Below, piece by piece: positions 39,041-51,271 of a DNA stretch of 64,000 nt (within the stretch, counting starts at the first letter, position 1; every line of letters begins with the position of its first letter). Source of the stretch: Neocallimastix sp. 'constans' (taxonomy: Eukaryota); assembly GCA_050613775.1 (NCBI GenBank), contig JBODTK010000012.1, positions 248,001 through 312,000 on the forward strand. Direction: 5' to 3'. The position numbers were made by a program, and so were the translations under genes. The notes below the pieces were generated by a model that worked only from the letters and a program-made list of their open reading frames with translations, was not told the origin of the DNA and did not search any database.

Positions 39041-40513
39041 ATAATAAATTTTAATAATAATACTAAAATTATTTTTTGTCAACTCAAAACTAATAATTGT
39101 ATTATAAGTTATAGTATTAGTGATAATTTTTAAAATCTAAGAAAAACGCAGAAGGAAGTATCAAGTATTACAGAATGTATCTCTGATGCGTTTCTACCGT
39201 ATAATAACACCTACGTTCACTTTTCACATCCATTTACAAGTTTTTTAATTCTTGATTTTTAGTTAACAAATTTTTTTATACTTAATTCAGAGAAAAAAAA
39301 TTGAACTTTTTTTTTTTTTTTTTTTTTGAATTCTTTCAGAGAAGTTTATTTAAATGTATGTTTGTTTGAACTTCTCAAAAAAATGAAAGCTACTTTTCTA
39401 CTTTGAAGTTAAAAAGTTTTTTTTTTCTCTTATTCTCCAAAGTTTACTTGGCCTGTGTAATTTTATAAATTTTTTTCTTACAAAAAAAAAAAAAAAAGAA
39501 GCATATCTCTCTATATTCTCCTTTTACTTAAACTGTGTTACCCTCTTGTTCTCTCATACACATTAACCATTCGATTTTCGATTTTTAATGACATTACTGT
39601 ACTAAGAAACATTCTCCTACATACGTGAAAAAATATCTTCTTTCCTCGTTACAATTGTTTCTTCATTCATTCATTCAAAAAAAAAAAAAAAAAACTGCCT
39701 GACTTTATTGTCTAATAACCTTCGGTTACATTATTAATCATCATCGTTGATACATCCTTATAATAGAAAAAAAAATTTTTTTTCTAATTCTTTGTTATTG
39801 CTATTTATTATATTCTCTACATATGCTTCTTTTTCGGTATCTGTGGAACCTGGGACTAATCAAATCTATAAGTTTAATAATGGTTGATAACGGTTCCACT
39901 AAAACGGTATATATATCTCGTTCTTCATATAAATATCGAATCGGTAATAGGAAGGAATACCTACAGCAACTTACCGAGAGAGCAATGCTAAATCAAAAAA
40001 ATTTCATCACTTGTTCTCTTCATCATTAAGAAACAAAAGACTAATTTTCCTCATTGCTATTTCGTCTCTAAATGCGCATTCTACTGAGAATTCAAATAAA
40101 GGAATGTTTTTTTTTGTCTGTTCATCATAATCATTTAATAAACCTAATTTATAAGCAGCATGGGGAAGTTTTTGACATTATTATCAGAAGAAACATCAAC
40201 TAAATTATCAAAATCTTTATATTCTTTAGATTCTTTATCTGAAATTTGCAGTAATTTTTTATCAGAAAGCTCTTGATTTTCTTCCCTTAAAAAATATTTT
40301 TTGTATTCTTCTTCCAAAAAACTTCACCACCATTAATGGAATTGTTTTTGAATTATTTGTAATTAATTTTTGATCACACTCACCCCAATGCATTTTCTAA
40401 TTGTTTTATATTATCCAGAAGTACTTATTTTTCATAAACCTCAAAAGCTTCTTTCCAAAGAATTTTTTTTGTCCATAGCCCTAAAAGAAAATAAAAGAGA
40501 AAAAATTAAAATT

Positions 40514-40548
<35 letters not shown>

Positions 40549-41602
40549 CATAAATTTTTTCTTATATATATATATAAATATATATATATTTATTTTTTTT
40601 TTCTTACATGCATATTTATATATATATAAATATATATTTTTAATAATATGAAAAAAATTCTATATAAAATAAAATATAATAAAATAAATTAAATTAAATA
40701 GAAAAATATGAAAATAATTAAAGTACATATTGAATAAAATAAAATAAAATAAATAGTGAAGTAATGTAAAATTTTAAAGTTAACAAAAATAAAATAAAAT
40801 AAAATAAATAGTGAAGTAATAAAAATATTAAAATATTAATAAAAATAAAATAAATAATAGAATATAAATTTAAATAATAATTTATTTAAAAAAATATATA
40901 TATAAATATATTTATATATTTAAATTTTGGTAAAATAAATAAAAAAATGACTATTTATTAAAGAATAAATAAAAAGAAAAAAATTATTAAATTATTATAT
41001 TTTATCTTTTTTTTTTTTTTTTTTTTGTATTTAAAAATAAATTAAATATTGGAAGATATAAATATATATTTTTTTATCGAATAATTTTCATGTATATAAA
41101 TATTTATATATAAATATAAATATATTTTATATAAAATAATTTATTTGTAAGAATTTTATTTTTATTTTTATTTTTATTTTTTCATTATATTTTTCTGTTT
41201 AAGCAATAATATTCAACATTAATAAATCTCTTAATATTATACATTAATTAAAATTCAAGAATAGAATATAAGTTTTAATTAATAGTTAAAAAGGACTTAT
41301 TAATTTTATCATAAAAAATTAAGGACATAAAAAAAAGACATAAAAAAAAGACGTAAAAAAAAGACGTAAAAATATATATATATAAAAAAAAATTTTTTTT
41401 TTTTTATTTTTTTTTATAAAAACTATTTATTCATTATTAAAATTTTTGATTTCTATTTAATTTAAAAAAAAAAAATAATTAAAAAATAATTAATAAATAT
41501 ACATTTATTTATATAATTTAATATATTTATATTTTTATTTTATATTGAATAATCATAAATAATTTGCCTATACATAATTATTATTTAATAATTAATTAAA
41601 AA

Positions 41603-42301
41603 ATGGAAATTGTACCTTATAATAAAAAATTTCAGTCTTATCGCCCTAAGAAAATTTTACTTATATCAAATATAAATACAGGTCCATCGAAACATAATAT
41701 ACAATCAAGAAAAGATATGTTATATGATATTTTAGATCAATCAAGAATAAATTGTATTATAAATGTAGCTTCTTTTAATTCAATCAATCATATGAACGAA
41801 TTAACTTTAATACATTATGATTGTATAATATATGATTTATTAGATGGTGGATGTGAAATAAATAATCCAACAAGTGAAATAGAAAATTATTTAAAAAATG
41901 GTGGAAATATTCTTGTCACTCATGATCATTTAGGTTATGGACTTTGTCCTCTTTTGGGTCTTCAATTTGCAGATCATCCAATTAGAATTCATAAAGAAGC
42001 TATCAATGTATCTAGTAAACATGAAATATGGAATTCATATTATTCTTTGAATACAATGGACAACTTAATAATAAATGTTTGTGATACTCATGGTAATTAT
42101 AATATTTCAAATAAAGAAACAATACAATTAATGCATTCTAATGACAGTAATAATGATTTATATCTTTCAGTCCGACATCTAGGAAAAGGAAAAGCAGTAT
42201 ATTGGAATGCGGGTCATACACCCATTATAACTCCCGATGAAAAAAGATTATTTTTAAATATTATGACATGGATTTTAGATTTAAATTTAAATGAATCATA
42301 G
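41603..42301 (+). CDS. Intronless ThuA-like / class I glutamine amidotransferase-fold protein, 232 aa
   Basis: LIHYDCIIY, IENYLKNGGNILVTHD, LGKGKAVYWNAGH and LFLNIMTWI match the ThuA-type pattern (YD.IV; Y...GGG.V..H; GKGRV.Y...GH; L..N...W). No signal peptide. Confidence 0.75.
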   Translation: MEIVPYNKKFQSYRPKKILLISNINTGPSKHNIQSRKDMLYDILDQSRINCIINVASFNSINHMNELTLIHYDCIIYDLLDGGCEINNPTSEIENYLKNGGNILVTHDHLGYGLCPLLGLQFADHPIRIHKEAINVSSKHEIWNSYYSLNTMDNLIINVCDTHGNYNISNKETIQLMHSNDSNNDLYLSVRHLGKGKAVYWNAGHTPIITPDEKRLFLNIMTWILDLNLNES

Positions 42302-43194
42302 ACATTAAATATATATTGTCTAATATATATTATACGAAGATTGAGAATACATTTAAAGTAAAAAAAAAATAATTTAGATTTAGATTAAACATTTATCCCT
42401 TTTTAAAAGAAGAAAACAATTTTTTTTCTTTTTTTTTTTTTTTTGATTTTTTTTTCTATTTTAAATATATTTTTTTAACTACAAGTAAATAGATAATAAA
42501 AAGATTTTTTAAAATAATATATTTAAAGATTATTTAAACAAAAATAAAATAAAAAAAAAAACTATTAATAATTTATCATAAAAAAAAAATGTATAAATCA
42601 AATCACATTAAATAATAAAATTTTTTCAAAAAAAAAAAAAAAAAAAAAAAAATAATAATAATAATAATAATAATAATAATTAATATATAATTTGTATATT
42701 CATTATTTCTCTCTCATTTTTATTTTTTATTTTTATTTTTTTTAATTATTTAATATATATTTTATTATGAATTAATAATAAGATATTATTTGATCCTTTG
42801 GTGATGTTAAATTTATAATATTTATATTATTTTTTTTCAAAAAAGAAAAAAAAAAAAAAAAAAAAAAAAATAAATATTATAATCAAAGTAATAATTTAAA
42901 ATTAACTAATCATTTTTATTATAATAATAACTTTTTTTATATATATACAAAATATAGTAAAGCTTGTCCTGAAGTTGTCAATATTTAATACATAATATTA
43001 AAAGTGTTTATTTCTAATAATATAAATACTTTATTGATATATAACATATTTTATTTACATTCTATTCTAATAAAAAAAAAAAAAAAAAAAAGTCAAATTG
43101 TGATTTCAAAAATTTATTATTAAGGAAGACAAAAAAAAAATAATTATTGTGATATGATTTTACTAATGAAGTTTCAGGTAATAATAATAATGAC

Positions 43195-43350
43195 AGTAAT
43201 ATTGTAGTTATGATAAAAGTGATGAAAGAAATAGTGGCTCTAATTATAATAGTACTAATAATAGTATAGTAGAAGTAGTAGAAAGTAGAAATAGTAGTAA
43301 TAGTAGTAATAGTAGAAATAGTAGTAATAGTATTAATAGTATTAATAGTA
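43195..43350. repeat. Degenerate (AGTAGTAAT)-type repeat
   Basis: Repeated agtagaaat/agtagtaat/agtattaat units. Confidence 0.7.
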
Positions 43351-43374
43351 TAAGTATATTTTAAAAACAATAAC

Positions 43375-43460
43375 TTAGGATTTATAAATTTTAATTTTCA
43401 TTTTATAAATTCATAAATTTATTGCATTATAAAATGAAAATTAAAATTTATTAATCCTAA
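43375..43460. repeat. 33-bp inverted repeat (1 mismatch) with 20-nt loop
   Basis: ttaggatttataaattttaattttcattttata versus tataaaatgaaaattaaaatttattaatcctaa. Confidence 0.85.
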
Positions 43461-43879
43461 CTAAATATATTCAAATATTAAAATTATAATAAAATTTATA
43501 TTTATTATATCCTAAAAAAAAAAAAACAATTATATTAATTTTGTATTTTGAATAAATTCAATAATAAATTTAAAATAATTAAAAAAAAACTATGTAAATA
43601 TTATATATTTACATAATTGATATTCAATACACATTACTTGTTGGATAATTTATAAATTATAAATATTATAACCACGTTTTGTATTTTTTTTTTATCCATT
43701 GATATTAAAATGTAAATTTTTGTCGAAAATAAAATATAATTAGGATAATTAAAATTGATTTTTAAAAGTATCAAAAATAAAAAAAAAATAAAAATTATAT
43801 AATTTAAAATAAATAAAATATAGAATTAATAGAAAATAGTTCAATTTGTGACGTACTATAATGACATCAAAAACCAATA

Positions 43880-45380
43880 TTAATTGGAGGTTGAGTGTAA
43901 TGACCTTGCCATGAATTTGTCCTACCAGCAAATACAATCTTTAGTGAATTGTAACTATTAAAATAATTTTATTTGACGATCTAAAGAAAATAATCAATCC
44001 TTAATGATCTTTAGGTTTAAAAGCAGATTTAGTAGAAGAAATCCAAAGCCACCTAAGGGTTTTGATAACTATTGTGAATGTAGGAAAAGCTAATCTTCTA
44101 AGATCCAATATAGTTTTAAGTCATATTGGGCAGCTTTGGTAGCACGAGCATTGAATTTATATCCACATCTGGCACGAAGTACCCATCCGAAACCAATACT
44201 CTATTCATGATATTTAAAGTTGAGCTAGTTTTCTGAGATTCATTTTTCTTATAAGCTTTAAGCCATGATTGATTTTCTTGCCATATCTCTATTATTCAAA
44301 TAAGAGTTGCAATTGCTTTTTGGGATGGAAATTTATCTAATTTTTCTGGTAAATTATTTATTTCTTTATCTCATACATGACGTTTACAATGTGATATATC
44401 TCTAAGTAAAATAGAGATAATATAATTAGAATTTTTTCATTTTTTAAATCATATCACCTGAATAATGGCACATTTCACCAGTAGAGGAGTAATGCTAAAC
44501 TCAACACAATAAAGGGATGAAAAAGTATTTGCATTAGAAAATCCTTCTATTCAGTGTAATACTATATTAACTAGCGTCTATGTAGTTCTCATTCTTTCTT
44601 TGTTTGATCCAGGTAGAGATGCATAATACAAAACTTTCTCAATTACTATATCAGAAATTAACATTCATTTATAAGGGATTAAGAACATGAGGATTTTTAA
44701 TAAATCCTTTAATGGAATAAATTGTTTTTCTAACTTTATTATTCATTTTCTGTATGAAAAATATCAGTTCTTAATTATTTGAAAACGATATACATAAATA
44801 GGTATAACAATTCATTTTAAGTAACTCTTGTCTTGAAAGATAAAAGGAAGGATCTTTTTTATTATGAAATTCGGAACTTTTCCTTTATACCACTAAATTT
44901 ATGTATTTATTGATACTAGATTGCATTTCATTATTTCTAGTTCACTTATTGGTTAATTGTAACAATTTCCTAAGATAAGATCTTGTTGGAGCACATAATA
45001 CAATATTATCTGCAAGGAGACCTCCACAGCGGCGTTTATCACCAATCGAGATTCCATATTTATCACATTCATTAGAAATATCATTAATGAACAAGTTAAA
45101 ATTGATGAGAGGGGATAGCATTGATGAACACCTTTCCTAATACTAAATGATTCCGATAATTGTCGATCAACCCTTACATAAGTCTTGAAAGATGCCCATC
45201 CTTTAAATAAAGTCTTAAACACAAATTTTTGAGTGAATCAATCCCCTGTACTTCCATTTTTTTTTTTTACATTCCACAGTCCTCCTATATTCCAAATTTT
45301 CTCTCTTCGTACAATAAGCTACATTGGAAAGGATAAGCATCGATTATCATCATAATTATAGAAACCTGTAATTGGTACAC
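43880..45380 (-). mobile_element. Degenerate LINE fragment (RT to 3' region)
   Basis: SESFSIRKGVHQCYPLS (compare FPIKRGVRQGCPLS), CCGGLLADN (compare CCGGLFADD), GWVLRARCGYKFN (compare SWIIRLRCGYKYN). A different subfamily from the intact LINE. Confidence 0.8.
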
Positions 45381-45877
45381 CTAGTATTATTTTATTTTAT
45401 ATTAATTATATAATTATCTCACATGAATAAAGCAATTTACATGGGCATGATATAATTAATGATTTACATTTAATTATGTTTTAACATAAATAAAATTAAT
45501 TTACATTTTAAGTTACATAAATATTTATGATTTATATTTTCCTATTATTTAATTATAAACCTAAAATTATAAAGTTTATTTTAAATGTTTTATTGTTTTA
45601 GTTTTAGTATATAAATTTATTGTTTTTTTAAAAAAAAATAAATTTAAATAGTTCAGAAAATTATAAAAGTAAAATTAATACTGTTATTATTTATTTATTA
45701 TTAAAATTTATGATTTCTATTTAATTTTAAAAAAAAAAAAATTAAAAAATAATTAATAAATATACATTTATCAATATAATTTAATAAATTTATATTTTTA
45801 TTTTATATTGAATAATCACATATCAAATATTAAATAATTTTCTTATATATAAATATTATTTAATTATTAATTAAAAA

Positions 45878-46575
45878 GTGGAAATTGAATCTTATAATAA
45901 AAAATTTCAGTCTTATCGCCCTAAGAAAATTTTACTTTATCAAATATAAATACAGGTCTATCGAAATATTATATACAATCAAGAAAAGATATGTTATATG
46001 ATATTTTAGATCAATCAAGAATAAATTGTATTATAAATGTAGCTTCTTTAAATGCAATCAATCATATGAACGAATTAACTTTAATACATTATGATTGTAT
46101 AATATATGATTTATTAAATGTTGGATGTGAAATAAATAATCCATCAAATGAAATAGAAAATTATTTAAAAAATGGTGGAAATATTCTTGTCACTCATGAT
46201 CATTTAGGTTATGGACTTTGTGCTCTTTTGGGTCTTCAATTTGCAAATCATCTAATTAGAATTCATAAAGAAGCTATCAATGTATCCGGTAAACATGAAA
46301 TATGGAATTCATATTATTCTTTGAATACAATGAACAAACTAATAATAAATGTTTGTGATACTCATGGTAATTTTATTATTTCAAATAAAGAAACAATACA
46401 ATTAATGCATTCTAATGACAGTAATAATGATTTATAACTTTCAGTCCGACATTTAGGAAAAGGAAAAGCAGTATATTGGAATGCGGGTCATACACCCAAT
46501 ATAACTCTCGATGAAAAAAAATTATTTTTAAATATTATGGCATGGATTTTAGATTTAAATTTAAATGAATCATAG
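45878..46575 (+). pseudogene. Recent duplicate of the ThuA/GATase-like gene, pseudogenised
   Basis: Nearly identical to 41603-42301 including flanks. Start codon is GTG (45878), extra T near 45937, TAT>TAA at 46435-46437; ends ...AATGAATCATAG like the intact copy. Confidence 0.92.
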
Positions 46576-46715
46576 ACATTAAAAATATATAGTCTAATAT
46601 ATAATATATTATTTAATAATAAAAATATTTGTTATAATCAAATCATAATTAAATAATTTAATAATAAAAATGATATTGAATATTGTTTTTAACTTATTAT
46701 ATTATATTTTCAAAA

Positions 46716-46766
<51 letters not shown>

Positions 46767-47186
46767 AAAAAAGAGAATATTATTGAATTTATATATTGTT
46801 CTTTTAATTATTTACTGTATCTATCAATCTAATAGTTACTTATAATGACTTTTAAATATATTATTTTATTACAATATTAAATTTTTATTGTGATAAATAA
46901 ATGGAATTTTATCACTTTTGTGTTTAAATTAATCAAATATATTTTTGTCTTTAAATCTCATAATTATTTACAAAGACTTTTAAATACTATTAAATAAATA
47001 TTAAAAGAATTTAATAAGATATTAATTATTTATACATTTATTTATTTATTATAAAATTATTTATTGAAGAAGTTGGGAATTTTTGTCTAAACAATAAATA
47101 ATTATTTTATTTATTTTACATAAATAAAGAAAGCTATTTTCATGTGCTTGATAAAATTAATGATTTATATTTAATTATGTATTAAC

Positions 47187-47189
<3 letters not shown>

Positions 47190-47233
<44 letters not shown>

Positions 47234-50200
47234 CAGGGAAGAGAATACACTTCCAAAAACTTTATTAAATTTTATTTTAAAAAATACATGTAGGTGAAAA
47301 GTACATTAGAAATTAAAAATAAAAAATTAAAAAATAAAAAATAAAAAATAAAAAAGCTCGAAAATACTATGTATTTCGGCAAGTTGTACTATGCGGGAAT
47401 TTTACCCTTCCTATCAAATAAAAAAGAAATAAAATTTAGAAGTAACATCCTTAAAATAGATAGTGTGGTGTCCACTAAACTCTCCCCGGATTCATCATTT
47501 ATTGAGCTACTAGGGCGAGAATCACCCTTCGTAGTAATAGATGATAATCCTGTATTTTCATTATGCCTTATCAGTACGACGTCGACGCTCTTGGTTAAGT
47601 TTGATATTTTGCAATACCTATCAAATAATAGCTCAAACGAACTACTTATGATAGGTATTGCATTTGTTAAGAATTCCGCCAAGCCCACAATTTTTGGAAC
47701 AGGTGACTCAGATGAACCTTTGAAAAGTAGTTCATTTAAATGTCTCTGTTCCCCACTATCGAAATGTAGTTCATTTAAAACTAAAGTCCCACCAAGAAGG
47801 AACAAGTATATATAATGATTGATATAATCTTCAAAATCAGAAATAGAGTCATAGGAAGAAAGAGGATTAAACGCTCTAATCTTCCTAATGAATAAAACAT
47901 AGAGATCATCGATGAAATTTAAAGAATTCCATCTAAAAGATGCAAGAGCATCGCATTTAAAAATCCAATGTTCAAAAGATTGATTACCTTCACCACAACA
48001 TGGGCAGGACTTTGGACAATCTTCTGAAACTCTACCCATTCTAATAGCAATAGTAGTATTGTATTTATAACCACAGCGTAAACGTATAATCCACGAAAAT
48101 CCTAAGTTGAATTGGGGATATTTTAAGCTAAGCATTATTATAGCTTTATTGTTTGAGAACTTGTTACTATCGTAGTTTTGACCTTTAATACCTTGAAATC
48201 TGGAAACTGATTTCCAGTAACGTTCTATAATATCGTCATATTTTACACATTTATATTTTTTGATTTTTTTATATAGAGTTCTAGATTCTTTAGTCCAGGA
48301 ATAATAAGGCATTTTGGGAATAGATTTAATAAGATCCTTTATGATACAGTTTGATTTACTCCATTTTGCAAATGATTTAATCTGTAAGGCTGCGCAGATA
48401 CCAGCAATAGGAGGGATGCTTAGATCTCGAGATAAAGCATAAGTACTCATTGTTGAATTATGTCTAATATAGTCATTGTTTTCTGTATTTGTTTTACCAT
48501 TTTTAGAGAAGGAACCGATACACCAAAATAAACCAGTATTAATTAATGTTTGAATTCTAGCCGTTCTAGATTTGTTTGAACCAAGTAAAGGAGAATAATA
48601 AATTACTTTACTAATAACAAAGGATTGAAGAACTTTTTTCTTGTATACAATAGGAATAAGTTTATTTGAAAAGAAACGTGTAAATGAAAGAAGGGATTTT
48701 CTAACTTTAAAATGCATGTGAGATATAATGTGTTCTAGTAGGAGATCATCTGAAAAAGGAATACCAAGATAGACATAACTAGAAACTTTAGGAATATCAT
48801 TCTTTCCTAAATAGAAGGTTGGATCACTATAGTTTGGAGGAGGTTGGAAGTTCATTGGTTTTATAACCATAGTTGCACACTTTTCAATACCAAAAGTCAT
48901 TTCATTTAAATTAGCCCATTTATGTACCTTTTTTAATAATTTTTCTAAATTTTTTGCACTTGGAGCAATGAGAACAACATCATCAGCAAAGAGTCCACCA
49001 CAACACTTTTTTCTTCCAACATTAACACCATACTTTTCACAGTCATTTAGTATATCATTGATGAATAAATTGAATAAGATTGGAGATAAAGGACAACCTT
49101 GACGAACACCTCTTTTAATAGGAAATTCATTTGATAACATTGAAGCAAATCGAGCACGTGCTTTAGATGAAGTATATAAATTACAAAGAAAATCAAAACA
49201 TTTACCGCGTACTCCATAGTGATATAATTTAGTAAGAATGTTAAAAATAGGAACTGAATCATAAGCTTTTTTAAGATCTAAAAAAGCTAAATATGTGAAT
49301 TTTCCTTGGAATTTTCTTCTTTGACAAATTTCTCTAACGGAAATGAATAAACTAATGCATTCTTCGCGGTTGCGAAATCCAAATTGTTCAGGTCTAATGA
49401 AATTGTGTGAGAGTGCGTAAGTAGATATTCTATCTGTTATAATTTTTGAAATGATTTTTAGTCCAACGTTAATGAGAGAAATACCTCGATAATTACTACA
49501 ATCTGATAGGTCACCCTTCTTAGGAATTGATACAATAGAAGCTGAGTTCCATTTTTTAGGAAATGACCCATTCCATATTTTATTAAATATTAATTTTAGA
49601 CACTTTCCAGCAGCAGGATGTGATTCTAGTAATTCTTCGTTACAAAAAAGAGCTTTGTAGAATTCAATCGGAATACCATCGGGGCCGGGTGCTTTGTTAT
49701 TTTTCATCGATGAAATAGTTTTTTTAATATCTTCAATCGTAATAGGACCATTTATATTCCAGGTAGTGGATCTAAGACTAATATTCCTTAAAGCATGATT
49801 CCAGTAATTACGATTAAGGCTGTGACCTGAGGGATCCGAAGCAAGATCTTTATAATATTCAGCCCATCTATCTAATTGCTTTGAAGGAGAGATAATATCT
49901 TGACCAAACTTAGATTTAATGCAAGTAAGGGAGGTAGATGAATATGATGGTTTAGCCATTTTCTTTAAACATCTCCAACCATTTTTGAAATCTTTATTCA
50001 AAAAATAATTACCTATTTTTACTATATTAGCCTTAAATCTAGCAGAACGAAATTTACTCTTAGTTTTCTTGATTAATTTGCAAAGTTTTTCATATTTATT
50101 AAATTGTTCAAGGTAATTATCAACATTTTCACAATTAAAGTAAGGCTTAATATTCCGAAATGCAATATGTTTTTCATGAGATAGTTTTTTAATGTAATAA

Positions 50201-51271
50201 GGACAATGAAAAGCAGAGCCCTTTAAATTTGTTGGAATAAAAGCCTTAATATCTTTCCCGATATTATTTGCTGTATTGATAAATTTTTCTACCATTTCAT
50301 CAGCCGTAAGCAAATTGTAATGAGAATCAAGGTCATTTTCTAGGATTGAAAAATAATTATGTGATAAAATATCTGAATTTTTTGTTTTACAAATATGAGT
50401 TGACCATTTAGAAACTTTAGTAGGCCTTATAAAACCATCGGAGAGAACTTTGTTGCAAGAAAGTAAAATAGGTTTATGATCAGAAATACCATAAAACGAA
50501 GTACAAACCGAGGTTTTATTAATATGGGATGCCAAAGCCTCATTATAGATGACATGATCAATGCAAGATGATCTAGTACCTTTAGCATATGTAAATTGAT
50601 TACCATATAAAGGAGCAATATACCAATTAGGAAAATTATTTGAAATGTATGTTTTGATCTTCTTTAATGACATGTTAAAGTCACCAACTAGGACAGCCGG
50701 AACATTTTTTCTATTGTGAAAACGTAACCATTGAGAGAGTTCATCAAAAGCAACTAGTCTTGCTTCCTTCCATTTGCTTTGAGGGAAGTAGATATTACCA
50801 ATAGTACATTTTTGATTCCAAAAAGAAGTAATATTAACTGAAATGATATATTTGTATAAAAACGGTTCTTGGAAGAAAGAGCACGAAGAATGAACACCAA
50901 TAAAGAGTCCTCTCATACCAGGGGTTTTAGGATTAGCTTTAAGGAAAACTGAGTTGTAATATGGAATTAAAGGTGATGAAACATCTTTTGGTAGATATTT
51001 ACTTTTTCCAGTTTCTTGTAGACAGATACATATAGGTTTAAAAGTAGAGTTGAGATACAAAATACTATCTCGCTTTTCAGTATTCCAACCGTTAATATTC
51101 CAACTAACACAGAGATTAAAGAAAGAAGAATTTGAATTTAGATGGCTAGAGAAAAAATCTTTTGCCATAGGATTAAGTTCAACATCAATGTTTTTAGATT
51201 TCCTCGACTTGTTCATTTGATTCAGTTTATTACACAAGGACCAGGTAATTTTAGCTGTTTCAGGAATTTCA
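47190..51271 (-). mobile_element. Young, 5'-truncated non-LTR retrotransposon (LINE)
   Basis: Poly(A) tail (T-run 47190-47230); 14-bp TSD tatgtattaacata at 47176-47189 and 51272-51285; uninterrupted ORF2; no ORF1. Confidence 0.96.
47389..51237 (-). CDS. LINE ORF2: APE endonuclease, reverse transcriptase, C-terminal CCHC zinc finger
   Basis: SWNING, CLQET, VGDFN, CIDHV, SDHKPI; KAPGPDG, NYRGISL, QFGFR, FLDLKKAYDSV, GVRQGCPLSPILF, FADD, YLG; CPCC....EHWIFKC. The frame is open to the element's 5' edge, so the true start is uncertain. Confidence 0.96.
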   Translation of the reverse strand: MCNKLNQMNKSRKSKNIDVELNPMAKDFFSSHLNSNSSFFNLCVSWNINGWNTEKRDSILYLNSTFKPICICLQETGKSKYLPKDVSSPLIPYYNSVFLKANPKTPGMRGLFIGVHSSCSFFQEPFLYKYIISVNITSFWNQKCTIGNIYFPQSKWKEARLVAFDELSQWLRFHNRKNVPAVLVGDFNMSLKKIKTYISNNFPNWYIAPLYGNQFTYAKGTRSSCIDHVIYNEALASHINKTSVCTSFYGISDHKPILLSCNKVLSDGFIRPTKVSKWSTHICKTKNSDILSHNYFSILENDLDSHYNLLTADEMVEKFINTANNIGKDIKAFIPTNLKGSAFHCPYYIKKLSHEKHIAFRNIKPYFNCENVDNYLEQFNKYEKLCKLIKKTKSKFRSARFKANIVKIGNYFLNKDFKNGWRCLKKMAKPSYSSTSLTCIKSKFGQDIISPSKQLDRWAEYYKDLASDPSGHSLNRNYWNHALRNISLRSTTWNINGPITIEDIKKTISSMKNNKAPGPDGIPIEFYKALFCNEELLESHPAAGKCLKLIFNKIWNGSFPKKWNSASIVSIPKKGDLSDCSNYRGISLINVGLKIISKIITDRISTYALSHNFIRPEQFGFRNREECISLFISVREICQRRKFQGKFTYLAFLDLKKAYDSVPIFNILTKLYHYGVRGKCFDFLCNLYTSSKARARFASMLSNEFPIKRGVRQGCPLSPILFNLFINDILNDCEKYGVNVGRKKCCGGLFADDVVLIAPSAKNLEKLLKKVHKWANLNEMTFGIEKCATMVIKPMNFQPPPNYSDPTFYLGKNDIPKVSSYVYLGIPFSDDLLLEHIISHMHFKVRKSLLSFTRFFSNKLIPIVYKKKVLQSFVISKVIYYSPLLGSNKSRTARIQTLINTGLFWCIGSFSKNGKTNTENNDYIRHNSTMSTYALSRDLSIPPIAGICAALQIKSFAKWSKSNCIIKDLIKSIPKMPYYSWTKESRTLYKKIKKYKCVKYDDIIERYWKSVSRFQGIKGQNYDSNKFSNNKAIIMLSLKYPQFNLGFSWIIRLRCGYKYNTTIAIRMGRVSEDCPKSCPCCGEGNQSFEHWIFKCDALASFRWNSLNFIDDLYVLFIRKIRAFNPLSSYDSISDFEDYINHYIYLFLLGGTLVLNELHFDSGEQRHLNELLFKGSSESPVPKIVGLAEFLTNAIPIISSSFELLFDRYCKISNLTKSVDVVLIRHNENTGLSSITTKGDSRPSSSINDESGESLVDTTLSILRMLLLNFISFLFDRKGKIPA

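Noticed and set aside
47389..51237. RT as retron, DGR or group II intron
   Set aside because: APE endonuclease, poly(A) tail and TSD define an ordinary non-LTR retrotransposon.
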